This document shows positions 39,149 to 49,615 of a stretch of 64,000 nt of DNA, piece by piece. Where the stretch lies: NCBI GenBank assembly GCA_964644035.1, contig CAZXUH010000001.1, forward strand, positions 67,712 to 131,711, written 5' to 3'. Every line of letters starts with the position of its first letter. Within the stretch, counting starts at the first letter, position 1. The notes below the pieces were generated by a model. That model was not told the DNA's origin. It saw nothing but the letters and a program-made list of their open reading frames with translations, and did not search any database. Origin of the DNA: an uncultured Candidatus Saccharibacteria bacterium. GTDB lineage: Bacteria > Patescibacteriota > Minisyncoccia > Phycocordibacterales > DAORIS01. The position numbers were made by a program, and so were the translations under genes.

Positions 39149-40365
39149 TTTATCTTTGAGCGTCTGAGGAAGGCTGGAATTGCACCCCAATCATCATCAT
39201 TGTCGTCGATAGGATTGTTTTTCTTATCATCCTGCTGCGGAGCCTGATGTTGCTGTGGAATTTCTTGCTTTTTAGGAGCCGATGGAGCGACTACTGAATT
39301 GAATATTTTATTGCTTTTATCATTGCGAATATCCAATGTCTTGTCTGAGTTTTGATTTTCATTCTGGAAAAGGCTTCGCTTTGGAGTGTTGTCTGGAAAG
39401 CCCGAAGCGATAACCGTGACCTTGATTTCATTCTTCTTGAGTTTATTGTCTCTGACTGTACCGAAGATAACCTTGGCAAGAGGATCGATAGATTCTGTGA
39501 TCGTCTTGGCAGCTTCCTGGATCTCGATCATGGTGAGATCATCACCGCCAGCAATGGAGAAGAGTACGCCCTTGGCACCATGTATCGACATATCGATAAG
39601 AGGAGAGTTGATAGCTGCTTTGGCTGCTTCTTCAGCACGCTTTTCACCAATAGCGGTACCGACGCCCATGAGCGCTGAGCCAGCATTGTCGAGAATAGCT
39701 CTGATATCGGCAAAGTCGACGTTGATATACCCAGGAGTAGTAATGAGATCTGAAATACCTTCTACAGCCTGCTTGAGGACTTCATCGCAGAGTGAGAAAG
39801 CATTTTTTGCTGTCGTCTCTTTGCTGATAGTTGTAAGAATACGATCGTTGGGAACGACAATAAGAGCATCGACTGCTTTGCGGAGTTCTTCGAGACCCAT
39901 GTCGGCATTGCGAGTACGCTGCTGACCTTCAAAGGTAAATGGTCGTGTTACGACTGCAACCGTAAGACTGCCCATTTCTTTTGCAATGCGAGCAACGACA
40001 GGACCAGCACCAGTGAATGTACCGCCACCAAGACCGCCGGCTACGAAGACCATGTCTGCACCTTTGAGTGCTTCCTGAATTTCTTCTTTTGTTTCTTCGG
40101 CTGCGCGCTTGCCGATCTCTGGATTCATACCAGCTCCGAGACCTTTAGTGACGTTTTTACCAACGTGAATTTTCTTTTTAGCAAGAGAATGATGGAGATC
40201 CTGCGCGTCTGTGTTGATGGCAATAAAGTCCACTCCACGAACCTTGTTGTTTATCATGTGGTTGACGGCGTTCTTTCCTGAACCGCCAATACCCAAGACC
40301 TTAATCCGGGCAAAAGCTTCAACTTCTGGTTTTACTTGTGGCATAGTATGTGAACGGTTATTCAT
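39145..40365 (-). CDS. ftsZ: cell division protein FtsZ
   Basis: GIGGSGKNAV, the GGLGGGTFTGAGPVVA tubulin signature, and a C-terminal basic peptide. Confidence 0.95.
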   Translation of the reverse strand: MNNRSHTMPQVKPEVEAFARIKVLGIGGSGKNAVNHMINNKVRGVDFIAINTDAQDLHHSLAKKKIHVGKNVTKGLGAGMNPEIGKRAAEETKEEIQEALKGADMVFVAGGLGGGTFTGAGPVVARIAKEMGSLTVAVVTRPFTFEGQQRTRNADMGLEELRKAVDALIVVPNDRILTTISKETTAKNAFSLCDEVLKQAVEGISDLITTPGYINVDFADIRAILDNAGSALMGVGTAIGEKRAEEAAKAAINSPLIDMSIHGAKGVLFSIAGGDDLTMIEIQEAAKTITESIDPLAKVIFGTVRDNKLKKNEIKVTVIASGFPDNTPKRSLFQNENQNSDKTLDIRNDKSNKIFNSVVAPSAPKKQEIPQQHQAPQQDDKKNNPIDDNDDDWGAIPAFLRRSKIK

Positions 40366-40428
40366 GTAAACTGGTATTCTACTAAAATCGATACCAGTAT
40401 ACTAGCACATAACTATTTCGGTTGCACT

Positions 40429-41607
40429 TTAAGGCAAAAACTGACGAATCCACTCGAAAAATTTGTTTTTTGTATTGCTTACGAAGCGTTTTCCATAGGA
40501 GCCTTCGGACGAAGATGAGACACCTCCAAGGAGGCAAAGACCGTAGGCTACAGCCCAAAATGAGTCTTTTATAGGGTTCTTTTCATTACCTTCGAAGAGC
40601 GAGCGGGCAGTGCGTGATGGGATCTTGAGTGCAGCCTTGGCAATGTCTTCGATTGTGGTAATACCTGATCCACCACCGGTAATAATAATGCCCGCTGGTA
40701 GGAGACCGTTGCGATTTATTTTCTTAAGATGTGTTTCTATGAGTTCAAAAATATCAGTTAGGCGAGCAGAGATGATTTCGTCGAGTTTCTTTTTTGAAAA
40801 TGGTGCTTCGCTTCTGCCTTTTTTAAGATCTTCGGCTTGTTCGAGTGGAATCTTGAGACCAAGAGCAATGTCGTGGGTGATGTCGATGCCGCCAATAGGG
40901 AAGACTTCGAGTGAGATAGGAATATTGTTTTCAAAGACAGCAATTGATACAGTCTCTGCGCCGACATTGGCGAGCACGCAACCTGCAATCTTTTGCGCTT
41001 TGGTCAAAATGACAAGACTTGCAGCAAGCGGCGAAGCCATGACGTCTTCGACTTCGATACCAGCAGTGTTGATCGCTTCAACCAGATCACTGAGATGCTG
41101 TTCTATACAAGTAACAAAAAGAGTACGAGCTTCGAGCTTCATACCCTTCATACCTTGAGGTCTACCCAAGACTACCTTGCCGTCTATTTTATATGCCACA
41201 GGCACGGCATGGAGAATCTTTCTATTGAGCATGAAAGACGAGGGGAGCTCGGCTTCACAGGTATCGAGAACTTTTTCAAGTTCACTGTCAGTCACTTCGC
41301 CATCGGCACGTGAAACGATCACAGAACCTTGAGTTGTAGCGCTGCCAAGTCCAATACCGCCCACTGATAAGTAGGCTTTTTTAATCTGAATACCGGCCGT
41401 CTTTTCAGCCTGACGCACTGCCTCAGCCACGCTGCGTGATATTTCGTGCTGGTTGACGATGTAGCCGTGTCGCAATCCGCGAGACTCGCTAAAACCAGTA
41501 CCAATCACTTTTGGCAAGGGGCGTTCTCTTCCGTCAAGGTACTCCGCCGCTACCACTTTTACATGATGCGTGCCGATATCAATACCGACTGCAATAGTTC
41601 GTGACAT
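40429..41607 (-). CDS. ftsA: cell division protein FtsA
   Basis: Actin-fold motifs (VGIDIGTHHVKV, ITGGGS), located upstream of ftsZ. Confidence 0.9.
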   Translation of the reverse strand: MSRTIAVGIDIGTHHVKVVAAEYLDGRERPLPKVIGTGFSESRGLRHGYIVNQHEISRSVAEAVRQAEKTAGIQIKKAYLSVGGIGLGSATTQGSVIVSRADGEVTDSELEKVLDTCEAELPSSFMLNRKILHAVPVAYKIDGKVVLGRPQGMKGMKLEARTLFVTCIEQHLSDLVEAINTAGIEVEDVMASPLAASLVILTKAQKIAGCVLANVGAETVSIAVFENNIPISLEVFPIGGIDITHDIALGLKIPLEQAEDLKKGRSEAPFSKKKLDEIISARLTDIFELIETHLKKINRNGLLPAGIIITGGGSGITTIEDIAKAALKIPSRTARSLFEGNEKNPIKDSFWAVAYGLCLLGGVSSSSEGSYGKRFVSNTKNKFFEWIRQFLP

Positions 41608-41643
41608 TCACTAAGTGAAGCGCAGTGAATTTATAGATGATTA

Positions 41644-42024
41644 TTAAATACCGAACATTTTCCTGTACCGCGCCTCTTCACGTTCCATTGTACTACCATG
41701 GTCGTATCCTTTCAAATGAAGCAAACCGTGGATAACTAGGAAACCAACGAAGTTTGTATAAGTTCTGTTGAATTCTGCGCACTGTTTTTTGCATAGTTCT
41801 AGGTCAATAAAAATCTCACCATTGTCGCTCGAGAGGGGGAAGCTTAGGATATTTGTTGGCTTGTTTTTTTCGCGATGAATACGATTGAGTCTTTTGGATT
41901 CTGAGTTGGTGACAAAAACTAGGCTCAGCTCATACTTACTTCCAAGGATCTTCTTGGCAATCAAGGCAAAAGGCACGCGTGGAAGCGTGCCTTTAGTTTT
42001 GTTTTGTACGTCGATGACGAACAT
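41644..42024 (-). CDS. ybeY: endoribonuclease YbeY
   Basis: HGLLHLKGYDH zinc-binding motif. Confidence 0.9.
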   Translation of the reverse strand: MFVIDVQNKTKGTLPRVPFALIAKKILGSKYELSLVFVTNSESKRLNRIHREKNKPTNILSFPLSSDNGEIFIDLELCKKQCAEFNRTYTNFVGFLVIHGLLHLKGYDHGSTMEREEARYRKMFGI

Positions 42025-42266
42025 TACTGCTTTCCGCCGATTCGGGGAGTGATTTTGCCCATCTTGATGAGCTCCGCCGTATTCTGGCGCTTTACGAGGT
42101 TTTTAAGGGCCTTTTTCTTCTTAACGTACTTAGAAGGGCTTCGTTCTGCGTATCTGAGAGATCGGACACGGCTGAGTACTCCTGCACCCTGGACTTTGCG
42201 GGTAAAACGCTTAAGAACGCTTGTAGCGCTTTCATTTGCTCCCTTCTCAACTTCTACGTTTATCAT
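42024..42266 (-). CDS. rpsU: 30S ribosomal protein S21
   Basis: VLKRFTRKVQGAGVL...R..YAE is a bS21 signature. The stop and start overlap ybeY (TAATG). Confidence 0.8.
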   Translation of the reverse strand: MINVEVEKGANESATSVLKRFTRKVQGAGVLSRVRSLRYAERSPSKYVKKKKALKNLVKRQNTAELIKMGKITPRIGGKQ

Positions 42267-42299
42267 ATGTGGGGATCAGATTAGCACGAATATTTTTTT

Positions 42300-42410
42300 T
42301 CGTCTACCCTCCTCCCTCAGTCCCTCCTCTAAAGAGGAGGGAGGTCAGTGAAGTACGATGTCTTTAATATTTCCCCTCCTCGTTCGAGGAGGGGTTAGGG
42401 GAGGAGGTCT
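42300..42410. promoter_or_regulatory. two GC-rich hairpins built from anti-SD/SD-like CCTCC/GGAGG arms, between the hisS-like gene and rpsU
   Basis: tccctcctct-aaa-gaggaggga and cccctcctcg-ttc-gaggagggg. Confidence 0.5.
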
Positions 42411-42411
42411 T

Positions 42412-43596
42412 TTACTTGAGCTTTTTAAGATGATCTACAAGCACATCGAGCTTTATAGAGTTCTGAGAGCGGTTGAGGTTGTTGCGAACGATAATACTGT
42501 GTTCCATGCATTCTTTCTGACCCATAAGTAGGGTATATGGAGCACCCGATGCTTCTGCAAGAGCAAACTGAGCACTGAGTTTGTCTCTAATCACCGCATG
42601 AGTGACAGGTATACCAGCTTCACGAAGCATTTCGATCACCGACATGCTTTTGAAACGAGCTTCAGTACCAACGTGTATAAAGAAGAATCGAGACTTCTCG
42701 ATCTTGTGCTTTTTCTTGGAAGTAAGGTCAGATTCATTGACCAAGATCGTAGCGCCGACAGCACCGAGGTCGCGTTTCATGCCAAGATGCTTTGAAAGAC
42801 CATTGTAGCGAGCGCCAAATCCATAAATAGGTGGTTGTTTCTTCTCAGCGTCACCTTGGAAGGTGAATACAGTCTGAGTAATATAATTTTTAGTAGGCAA
42901 AAGGCTATCAGCAAGATTGTATTCGACGCCAGCGCCGTCGAGGTATTCAAGAACTTCTTTGAAATGAGTTCGGCTCTGTTCGCTGAGGAAGGTCATACTG
43001 CGTGGCGCATCTTCGGCCAAGGCTTTGCATTTCTCATGATTGCAGGCGAGAAGAGAGAAAATATCTTTCTTGAGAAGCTGTCGGCAGGCCGGAGGCAAGA
43101 CATCGATATTTTTTCGATAATACTCGGTAACAGCACGAATGAAACGTTGTGAAGAATCTCTATCACCGACGCAGTTTATCGATACATTGGCATCTTTTAT
43201 TCCTACTTCTTTGAGGATAGCCATAGAAGTGGCAATAATGATGCCTTCGGCCACGCCTTTGCTATTACCGATAATATCTAGGTGACACAAAAGTTCTTTT
43301 TTGGTCGCCTTTTCCGTATACGTCATATATGGCAAGCCACCTTGAGCACCGTTTTCAAGGGCTTGGCGCAGGAGCGCTGTTTTTTCTTTGGTATCAATAT
43401 CGACATGCTTGAGAGCAGGGTCGGCATCGTGACTGTTTTTATTGTCTACGCTTGCAGCGAGCTTTCTGTCTTGTTCTTGGACAGTAATATGTGGATGAGG
43501 AGTAAAACCATAATGGACTGCAACTTTTACTGGATCTCGAAAACCGTCATGAGATGTCAAAGATTTTGCAGCCTTTGATTTTTTATTTTTTTTCAT
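42412..43596 (-). CDS. histidyl-tRNA synthetase-like class II paralog, probably non-catalytic (HisZ-like)
   Basis: Motif-3-like FGARYNGL, a HisRS-like CHLDIIG segment and a C-terminal anticodon-binding-type domain. It lacks motif 1 and the motif 2 FRYERPQ region, and the N-terminus is basic. Confidence 0.55.
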   Translation of the reverse strand: MKKNKKSKAAKSLTSHDGFRDPVKVAVHYGFTPHPHITVQEQDRKLAASVDNKNSHDADPALKHVDIDTKEKTALLRQALENGAQGGLPYMTYTEKATKKELLCHLDIIGNSKGVAEGIIIATSMAILKEVGIKDANVSINCVGDRDSSQRFIRAVTEYYRKNIDVLPPACRQLLKKDIFSLLACNHEKCKALAEDAPRSMTFLSEQSRTHFKEVLEYLDGAGVEYNLADSLLPTKNYITQTVFTFQGDAEKKQPPIYGFGARYNGLSKHLGMKRDLGAVGATILVNESDLTSKKKHKIEKSRFFFIHVGTEARFKSMSVIEMLREAGIPVTHAVIRDKLSAQFALAEASGAPYTLLMGQKECMEHSIIVRNNLNRSQNSIKLDVLVDHLKKLK

Positions 43597-43611
43597 ACTG
43601 ATGTCGGATGA

Positions 43612-44211
43612 TTACTGCTCGAAAGAATACGAACCTGGATTGTATCCGATTTTGTCGGCAGGGAAAAGACTTATGAAAGGAGTACCAACGATATTTTCTT
43701 CGGGAAGTGGTCCCCAAATGCGAGAGTCAGAACTGACAGGACGATTGTCACCAAGTACAAAATACTGGTGCTCTTTAAGAGTGAGTGCATCCATATTTTG
43801 TGTGTCACTGTTGCTGATATATGGTTCATCGAGGACGATAGTTTTTCCTGCAACAGTTTTGATGGTTACGACGCCACTGTTTATAGAAATAGTTTCTCCA
43901 GGCAGGCCGATAACTCTCTTTATATAGTAGGTTTTGATATTTACTGGTGGTTTGAAGACGATGACCTCACCGCGGGTAGGAGCAAAGAAGCGAGTGCCAA
44001 TTTCATTGATAATAATGTACTGGCCATTTGAGAAATTGGGGTCCATAGAATGGCCGCTGACGACAAAAGGCTCGGCTATGAACCATCGTATAGGGATGAC
44101 GATAAGGAGGGCTACAATGGCGTATTTGAGGGTATCAAACCACGTGTCTTTCTTCTTGGCAGGCTTAACCGCAGTCACTACCTCTGGATTAGCTTGTTCT
44201 TGAGTATCCAT
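43612..44211 (-). CDS. lepB: signal peptidase I
   Basis: GHSMDPNF (catalytic Ser box), a K box, and the GDNRPVSSDSRIWG box E. Confidence 0.85.
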   Translation of the reverse strand: MDTQEQANPEVVTAVKPAKKKDTWFDTLKYAIVALLIVIPIRWFIAEPFVVSGHSMDPNFSNGQYIIINEIGTRFFAPTRGEVIVFKPPVNIKTYYIKRVIGLPGETISINSGVVTIKTVAGKTIVLDEPYISNSDTQNMDALTLKEHQYFVLGDNRPVSSDSRIWGPLPEENIVGTPFISLFPADKIGYNPGSYSFEQ

Positions 44212-44277
44212 GTTGTGTTGGCGTACTTTACCACAAAATGACTATCTATACAATTGATCTTGGATTACAATGTTTTC

Positions 44278-44871
44278 ATGTCATACATTATCGTTGCTTT
44301 GGGCAATCCAGGAGAAGAATACGAGCTTACTCGCCACAATACAGGTCGTATTGTTCTCGAAGAGGCACTGAAGGCAGAAAAACCAGAATGGAAGCTAGAT
44401 AAAAAGTACGCATCAAAAACCACCAAAGTATATCTGGGCAAAGAAAGTCTATTGTGTTTGGAACCTGAGACATTTATGAATAAATCAGGCAGTGCACTCA
44501 AGTCTGTAGAATGGAATCCTAAAAAGGCCGAAAAACTGATTGTCATTCATGATGATCTCGATATTGGTCTTGGTTCTTTTAAAATTTCTTTCAACAGAAG
44601 CGCTGGAGGACACAATGGCGTCCTTTCTATAGCCAAAGCCATTAAAACAGAAGCTTTTGTACGCATTCGCATTGGTATTTCGCCGACAACACCTGCCGGC
44701 AAGATACGCAAACCGGCTGGTCCTGAAAAAGTAGAAAGACATATCTTGGGAAAATTCAAACCAGAAGAAATCAAGACGCTTAAAACAGTTTCAAAGAAAG
44801 TGCATGAAGCGTTGCAGCTTATATTGCAAGGAGAGCGCTCGAGAGCGATGAGTGAATTCAATGGAAAATAA
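44278..44871 (+). CDS. pth: peptidyl-tRNA hydrolase
   Basis: IVALGNPGEEYELTRHNTG. The internal Met is preferred over the ORF-track start at 44254. Confidence 0.85.
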   Translation: MSYIIVALGNPGEEYELTRHNTGRIVLEEALKAEKPEWKLDKKYASKTTKVYLGKESLLCLEPETFMNKSGSALKSVEWNPKKAEKLIVIHDDLDIGLGSFKISFNRSAGGHNGVLSIAKAIKTEAFVRIRIGISPTTPAGKIRKPAGPEKVERHILGKFKPEEIKTLKTVSKKVHEALQLILQGERSRAMSEFNGK

Positions 44872-44897
44872 AAAGGACAATAAATAGATACATAAAA

Positions 44898-44925
44898 ACC
44901 CTCGAAAGAGGGTTTTTGTTTTGTG
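44898..44925. terminator. bidirectional terminator (pth / rpsA)
   Basis: aaccctc-gaaa-gagggtt followed by TTTGTTTT. Confidence 0.7.
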
Positions 44926-44941
44926 TCAGTGTTGTGAGAAA

Positions 44942-46042
44942 TTACTTCTTCTGAGCAGTTCCAAATGCAAGAGTCATTTTCTGATTCTTAGCATCAAATG
45001 AACTGATTTTGAATGCATAACTTTTGCCGAGTTCGAGCTTGCTCTTGAGAGCCGCTTCAGTGCCGAATTCTGACACGTGGACCAAACCAGCTACACCTTC
45101 CTCGATTGAGGCAAGGGCACCGTATTTGTTGTATTTGATGACCACACCTTCGACAACTGAGTCTTTTTTGTATTTTTTAGCAGCTTCTGTCCAAGGATTT
45201 GGCTTGAGAGCCTTGATCGAAAGGGAAACCTTGCCTTCTTTTACCTCGATTACCTTGACCTTGACCTTTTCACCAACCTTGAAGAGCTGTTTAGGATCTT
45301 CGACGAGTGACCAGTCGAGTTCTGAAATGTGTACGAGACCTTCGAGACCTTCTTCAACTTTGACGAAGATACCGAAATCTACGATACCAGTGACATCACC
45401 ATGAAGTTCATCGCCAACTTTGTATTTGCCGACGATCTTTTCTTTTTCTTTTTCCTGCTGAATCTTTTCAGAGAAAATAAGTTTGCCTTCGTTTGGAATA
45501 GCCGTGATGATCGTGACATCGAGCTTTACGCCGACGAGTTTCTTGAGTTCTTCGAGAATTCTATCCTTGTCACCATCGGTAACGCGAGGATAGTGCTCGG
45601 CCTTGAGCTGAGATGCAGGCAAAAAGCCCTGTATACCTTGCCATGTAATGATAAGACCGCCTTTGTTTGCTTCCTGGACCAAGACTTCGATGACTTTCTT
45701 TTCCTTGACTGCATCGAGTGCTTCGCCCCATACAAGAGCCTGCTTTGCTTCCTTGAGCGAGAGCTCTATATATCCTTCTTTGTGAGATTGATCGACGACC
45801 TTGGCACTGATCTTGTCGCCGATTGAAAGTTTTTTAATGATATCGCGTGCTGCGATGAATTCTTTTCCGTAAATGATACCGGTACCGTAAGGAAAAAGAT
45901 CTACATACACCGATGATTTCTCAATACCGAGCACTGGACCCTCAACAACGTCTCCGCTCTTGGGTGGGTTGGCAGTCTCGCTAAAGAGTTTTGACATGAT
46001 CGTCTTGTGGACGATCGGCTGTGTCGTTTCTTCTGGAGTCAT
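44942..46042 (-). CDS. rpsA: 30S ribosomal protein S1 (4 S1 domains, short form)
   Basis: Four S1 OB-fold repeats, each with the G.V..I..FG.FV motif. Confidence 0.85.
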   Translation of the reverse strand: MTPEETTQPIVHKTIMSKLFSETANPPKSGDVVEGPVLGIEKSSVYVDLFPYGTGIIYGKEFIAARDIIKKLSIGDKISAKVVDQSHKEGYIELSLKEAKQALVWGEALDAVKEKKVIEVLVQEANKGGLIITWQGIQGFLPASQLKAEHYPRVTDGDKDRILEELKKLVGVKLDVTIITAIPNEGKLIFSEKIQQEKEKEKIVGKYKVGDELHGDVTGIVDFGIFVKVEEGLEGLVHISELDWSLVEDPKQLFKVGEKVKVKVIEVKEGKVSLSIKALKPNPWTEAAKKYKKDSVVEGVVIKYNKYGALASIEEGVAGLVHVSEFGTEAALKSKLELGKSYAFKISSFDAKNQKMTLAFGTAQKK

Positions 46043-46212
46043 ACTATTACTTATAATTATGGTTAATAAATACAGCCTTGTGTCCTCAAAAGGGACGATT
46101 TACCCTAGTCACTCTATGTGTATAGAGCGGTTTTGGAGTAAACAGACAGTGAGGAACATTATACATAAAAAAGTCCTTTTGTAAAACTTTATTTTGATAT
46201 ATACTGCTACGC

Positions 46213-46845
46213 ATGATTCTCACATACCTAGGCGCATCCTTCTTCAAAATCCAGTTTGGAGACACGGTGATTGCGGTCAATCCAGTTTCAAAAGATTCTA
46301 AAAATTTTTCTCCAGCCAAGTTTGGCGCCGATCTCTGTCTTATAAGTATCAATGATCGCGATTTCAATGGCCGAGAACAGGTCGTATTTGGCGGCAAAGA
46401 ACCTTTTGTCATTTCGGGTCCTGGAGAATACGAACGCTCGGGTATTTTCATACGAGGCATAGAAACGAAGTCAAAATATGGCGGAGAAGATAGGATCAAT
46501 ACTATATATAGCTTTGGTGTCGATTCGATAAACGTCTGTTTTCTAGGTGCACTTGCAACCAAAGACATACCAAATGAAGGTTTGGAACAGATCGACGAAA
46601 TAGATATTCTTTTTGTACCAGTTGGCGACAATGGCATGCTTTCTGCAAAGGACGCCTATTCTTTGGCTGTTTCTCTCGAACCAAAAGTGATTATTCCTGT
46701 TTCATTTGGTGATAAAAAGGCACTCGATGCGTTTTTGAAAGAAGCAGCTGCAAAGGATGTCGAGCCTGTGGACAAATTGACGATTAAGAAAAAGGATCTC
46801 GAAGGCAAAGAAGGTGATATTATGGTGATAACACCGACAAAATAA
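46213..46845 (+). CDS. MBL-fold (UPF0173-like) protein lacking the canonical HxHxDH motif
   Basis: The N-terminus MILTYLGASFFKIQ resembles the metallo-beta-lactamase-fold hydrolase start (usually ...LGHSCF), but the His ligands are replaced. Confidence 0.4.
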   Translation: MILTYLGASFFKIQFGDTVIAVNPVSKDSKNFSPAKFGADLCLISINDRDFNGREQVVFGGKEPFVISGPGEYERSGIFIRGIETKSKYGGEDRINTIYSFGVDSINVCFLGALATKDIPNEGLEQIDEIDILFVPVGDNGMLSAKDAYSLAVSLEPKVIIPVSFGDKKALDAFLKEAAAKDVEPVDKLTIKKKDLEGKEGDIMVITPTK

Positions 46846-46854
46846 ATAATATTT

Positions 46855-47091
46855 ATGAATAATACTATTGAATCTCTACGTCGACGACCTGATCATCACA
46901 AAAAGGCAGTAGCGTTTATGGTTTCATTTGCTATTACCGCAGTTATCTTTTCTTTCTGGCTTTCATCGAGACCTTTTTTCAATTCTGATACGACGGTCAT
47001 TGCAGCGGCAGCAGAAGAAAAAGGACCATTGGCAATTTTTGCCGACAATCTTGCTTCGGGGTATAAAGGTTTTAAGGAATTGTTTAAGTAA
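46855..47091 (+). CDS. hypothetical small membrane protein
   Basis: A single TM helix, lying directly upstream of gyrA. Confidence 0.35.
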   Translation: MNNTIESLRRRPDHHKKAVAFMVSFAITAVIFSFWLSSRPFFNSDTTVIAAAAEEKGPLAIFADNLASGYKGFKELFK

Positions 47092-47099
47092 AGAATTTT

Positions 47100-49586
47100 A
47101 TGGCTAAAAGAGACGATCAAAAAAGCGACAAAGACCTCGCTGTTCCAGAAAGAGAGGGTTCGGGTATTTTGGCGCGCAGTATTACGCAGGAAATGCGCGA
47201 ATCATTCCTCGACTATGCTATGTCGGTTATTACCGATCGTGCTTTGCCTGATATTCGTGATGGTTTGAAGCCTGTGCATCGCCGTATTCTTTATTCTATG
47301 CATGAAAAAGGCCTCACTTCGAGCGCTAAGTTTCGCAAATCAGCTACGGTAGTCGGAGATGTGCTTGGTAACTACCATCCGCACGGCGACGTCGCTGTCT
47401 ATGACTCTTTGGTCAAAATGGCTCAGCCATTTTCTTTTAGATATCCATTGATACTCGGTCAAGGTAACTTCGGTTCGGTTGACGGTGATCCACCAGCTGC
47501 GTATCGATATACCGAAGCAAAAATGAGCAGACTTTCTTCGGAAATTCTTCGAGATATTGAAAAAGAAACGGTTGATTGGAGACCCAACTTCGACGCTACA
47601 AAAAGAGAACCAACGCTTTTGCCTACAGCGGTGCCCAATCTTTTGCTCAACGGTACACTTGGTATTGCTGTCGGTATGGCGACCAACATTCCTCCGCACA
47701 ATATCAATGAAGTTGTCGATGCAACGATTCATCTTATCGAAGATGAAGAAGCGACAACAGAAGATCTTCTTACACATATAAAAGGCCCCGATTTCCCAAC
47801 AGGTGGTATTGCTTTTGGCGAAAAAGATATTCAACACGCATATACAACAGGCAAGGGAGGTATTGTCACTAGAGGTGAGGCAGAAATAATCGAAACCAAA
47901 AACGGCGCTTATCAGATTGTCATTACTTCGATTCCATATCGCGTCAACAAAGCCACACTTCAAGAGAGTATTGCCAATCATGTACGTGAGAAAAAGCTTG
48001 AAGGTATAAAGGAAATGCGCGATGAATCGACAGACGACGTGCGCATTGTGATCGAGCTCAAAAACAATGCCAATCCTCAGGCAGTTTTGAATTATTTGTA
48101 TAAACACACTCAGCTCGAAGAATCTTTCCATTTCAACATGGTTGCTCTTGTCCACGGTGTACCGCAGACACTTTCTCTCAAATCAATACTCAGTGAATTT
48201 ATCCTTCATCGAGAGATCATTGTTCGACGAAGGACAGAATTTGATCTTCAAAAAGCAAAAGATAGGGAACATATTTTGCTTGGTCTCAAGAAAGCACTCG
48301 ACCATATCGATCAAATCATCAAGCTCATTAGAGCTTCCAAAGATGTTGCGTCTGCACATGCAGCATTGATGAAAGAATTTAAGTTCTCAGAAAAGCAGGC
48401 TACAGCTATTTTGGAAATGCGTTTGCAGAAACTTGCTGGTCTCGAACGCAAAAAGATCGAAGATGAACTCAAAGAAGTGCAGCTTCTCATTGAAAAACTT
48501 CAGGACATTCTTTCGAGCAAGAAAAAGATTATGGCTGTCGTCAAAGATGAGCTCAAAGAGATCCGCGAAAAATATGCCGATGAACGCCGAACAAAAATCG
48601 TCAAATCTCAAGCAAAATCGCTTTCCCTCGAAGATCTTGTGCCTGATGAAGAATCGATCTTGGTGCTTACTTCTGGTGGCTATGTAAAACGCACTCGTCC
48701 AGAAGAATATCGCAAGCAAAAGCGAGGTGGGGTAGGAGTTGTCGATCTCGATACCAAAGAAGAGGATTTTGTGACGCATTTTCTCACTGCAACAACACAT
48801 AGCGACCTCCTTTTCTTCACTGATATGGGTAAGGCCTATCAGATAAAAATGTATGAATTGCCCGAAGGTAAGCGTGCAACAAAGGGTAAATCGATCATGA
48901 ACTATCTACAGCTCGAGCAAAATGAAAAGGTCAGCTCAGTGCTCGCAATGCCAAAAGAAATCAAGAAATCATCAAATCTTTCTCTGATGATGATTACCAA
49001 AGACGGTGTGGGTAAAAAAGTAGCTGCAGCTAGCTTCCACGATGTGCGTCGCAGCGGTCTTATTGCTATCAAACTCAATTCGGGTGACAGTCTCATGTCG
49101 ACAGTCTTTGTAGAAAAGGGTGACAGTATTATGGTCGTGACAGCCGATGGTCAATCGATACGTTTCGACGAAGACGATATCAGAGAAATGGGTAGAAATG
49201 CCGCTGGTGTACGCGCTATCCGACTCGATGAAAAGTCTAAAGACGTGGTGATTGCAGCTGTTGCTATTAAAAAAGATCAAAAAGACGCTTCGATTCTAGT
49301 AGTAAGCGGCAATGGTTATGGCAAACGCACTGATATCGACGAATACAAACTCCAAGGTCGCGGTGGATCGGGTATTAAAACAGCTCAGGTCACTGGTAAG
49401 ACAGGCAAGATCATTACTGCCTCGCTCATCATCGATCTTGAAACCGAGCTGGTTGCCATCTCTAAGAAAAGTCAGGTTATCAGAGTAGATACAAAAGAAA
49501 TTCCAAGTCTTGGCCGACAAACGCAAGGTGTACGTATCATGAAACTTCGCGACGGTGACGGTATTGCTTCAGCAGTACATTTGTAG
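47100..49586 (+). CDS. gyrA: DNA gyrase subunit A
   Basis: Active-site region with Tyr (AAMRYTE-like YRYTEAKM), the GyrA box QKRGGVG, and a C-terminal beta-pinwheel. Confidence 0.93.
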   Translation: MAKRDDQKSDKDLAVPEREGSGILARSITQEMRESFLDYAMSVITDRALPDIRDGLKPVHRRILYSMHEKGLTSSAKFRKSATVVGDVLGNYHPHGDVAVYDSLVKMAQPFSFRYPLILGQGNFGSVDGDPPAAYRYTEAKMSRLSSEILRDIEKETVDWRPNFDATKREPTLLPTAVPNLLLNGTLGIAVGMATNIPPHNINEVVDATIHLIEDEEATTEDLLTHIKGPDFPTGGIAFGEKDIQHAYTTGKGGIVTRGEAEIIETKNGAYQIVITSIPYRVNKATLQESIANHVREKKLEGIKEMRDESTDDVRIVIELKNNANPQAVLNYLYKHTQLEESFHFNMVALVHGVPQTLSLKSILSEFILHREIIVRRRTEFDLQKAKDREHILLGLKKALDHIDQIIKLIRASKDVASAHAALMKEFKFSEKQATAILEMRLQKLAGLERKKIEDELKEVQLLIEKLQDILSSKKKIMAVVKDELKEIREKYADERRTKIVKSQAKSLSLEDLVPDEESILVLTSGGYVKRTRPEEYRKQKRGGVGVVDLDTKEEDFVTHFLTATTHSDLLFFTDMGKAYQIKMYELPEGKRATKGKSIMNYLQLEQNEKVSSVLAMPKEIKKSSNLSLMMITKDGVGKKVAAASFHDVRRSGLIAIKLNSGDSLMSTVFVEKGDSIMVVTADGQSIRFDEDDIREMGRNAAGVRAIRLDEKSKDVVIAAVAIKKDQKDASILVVSGNGYGKRTDIDEYKLQGRGGSGIKTAQVTGKTGKIITASLIIDLETELVAISKKSQVIRVDTKEIPSLGRQTQGVRIMKLRDGDGIASAVHL

Positions 49587-49615
49587 GAGCTTCTTCACAT
49601 GTTATAATTTTTAAC

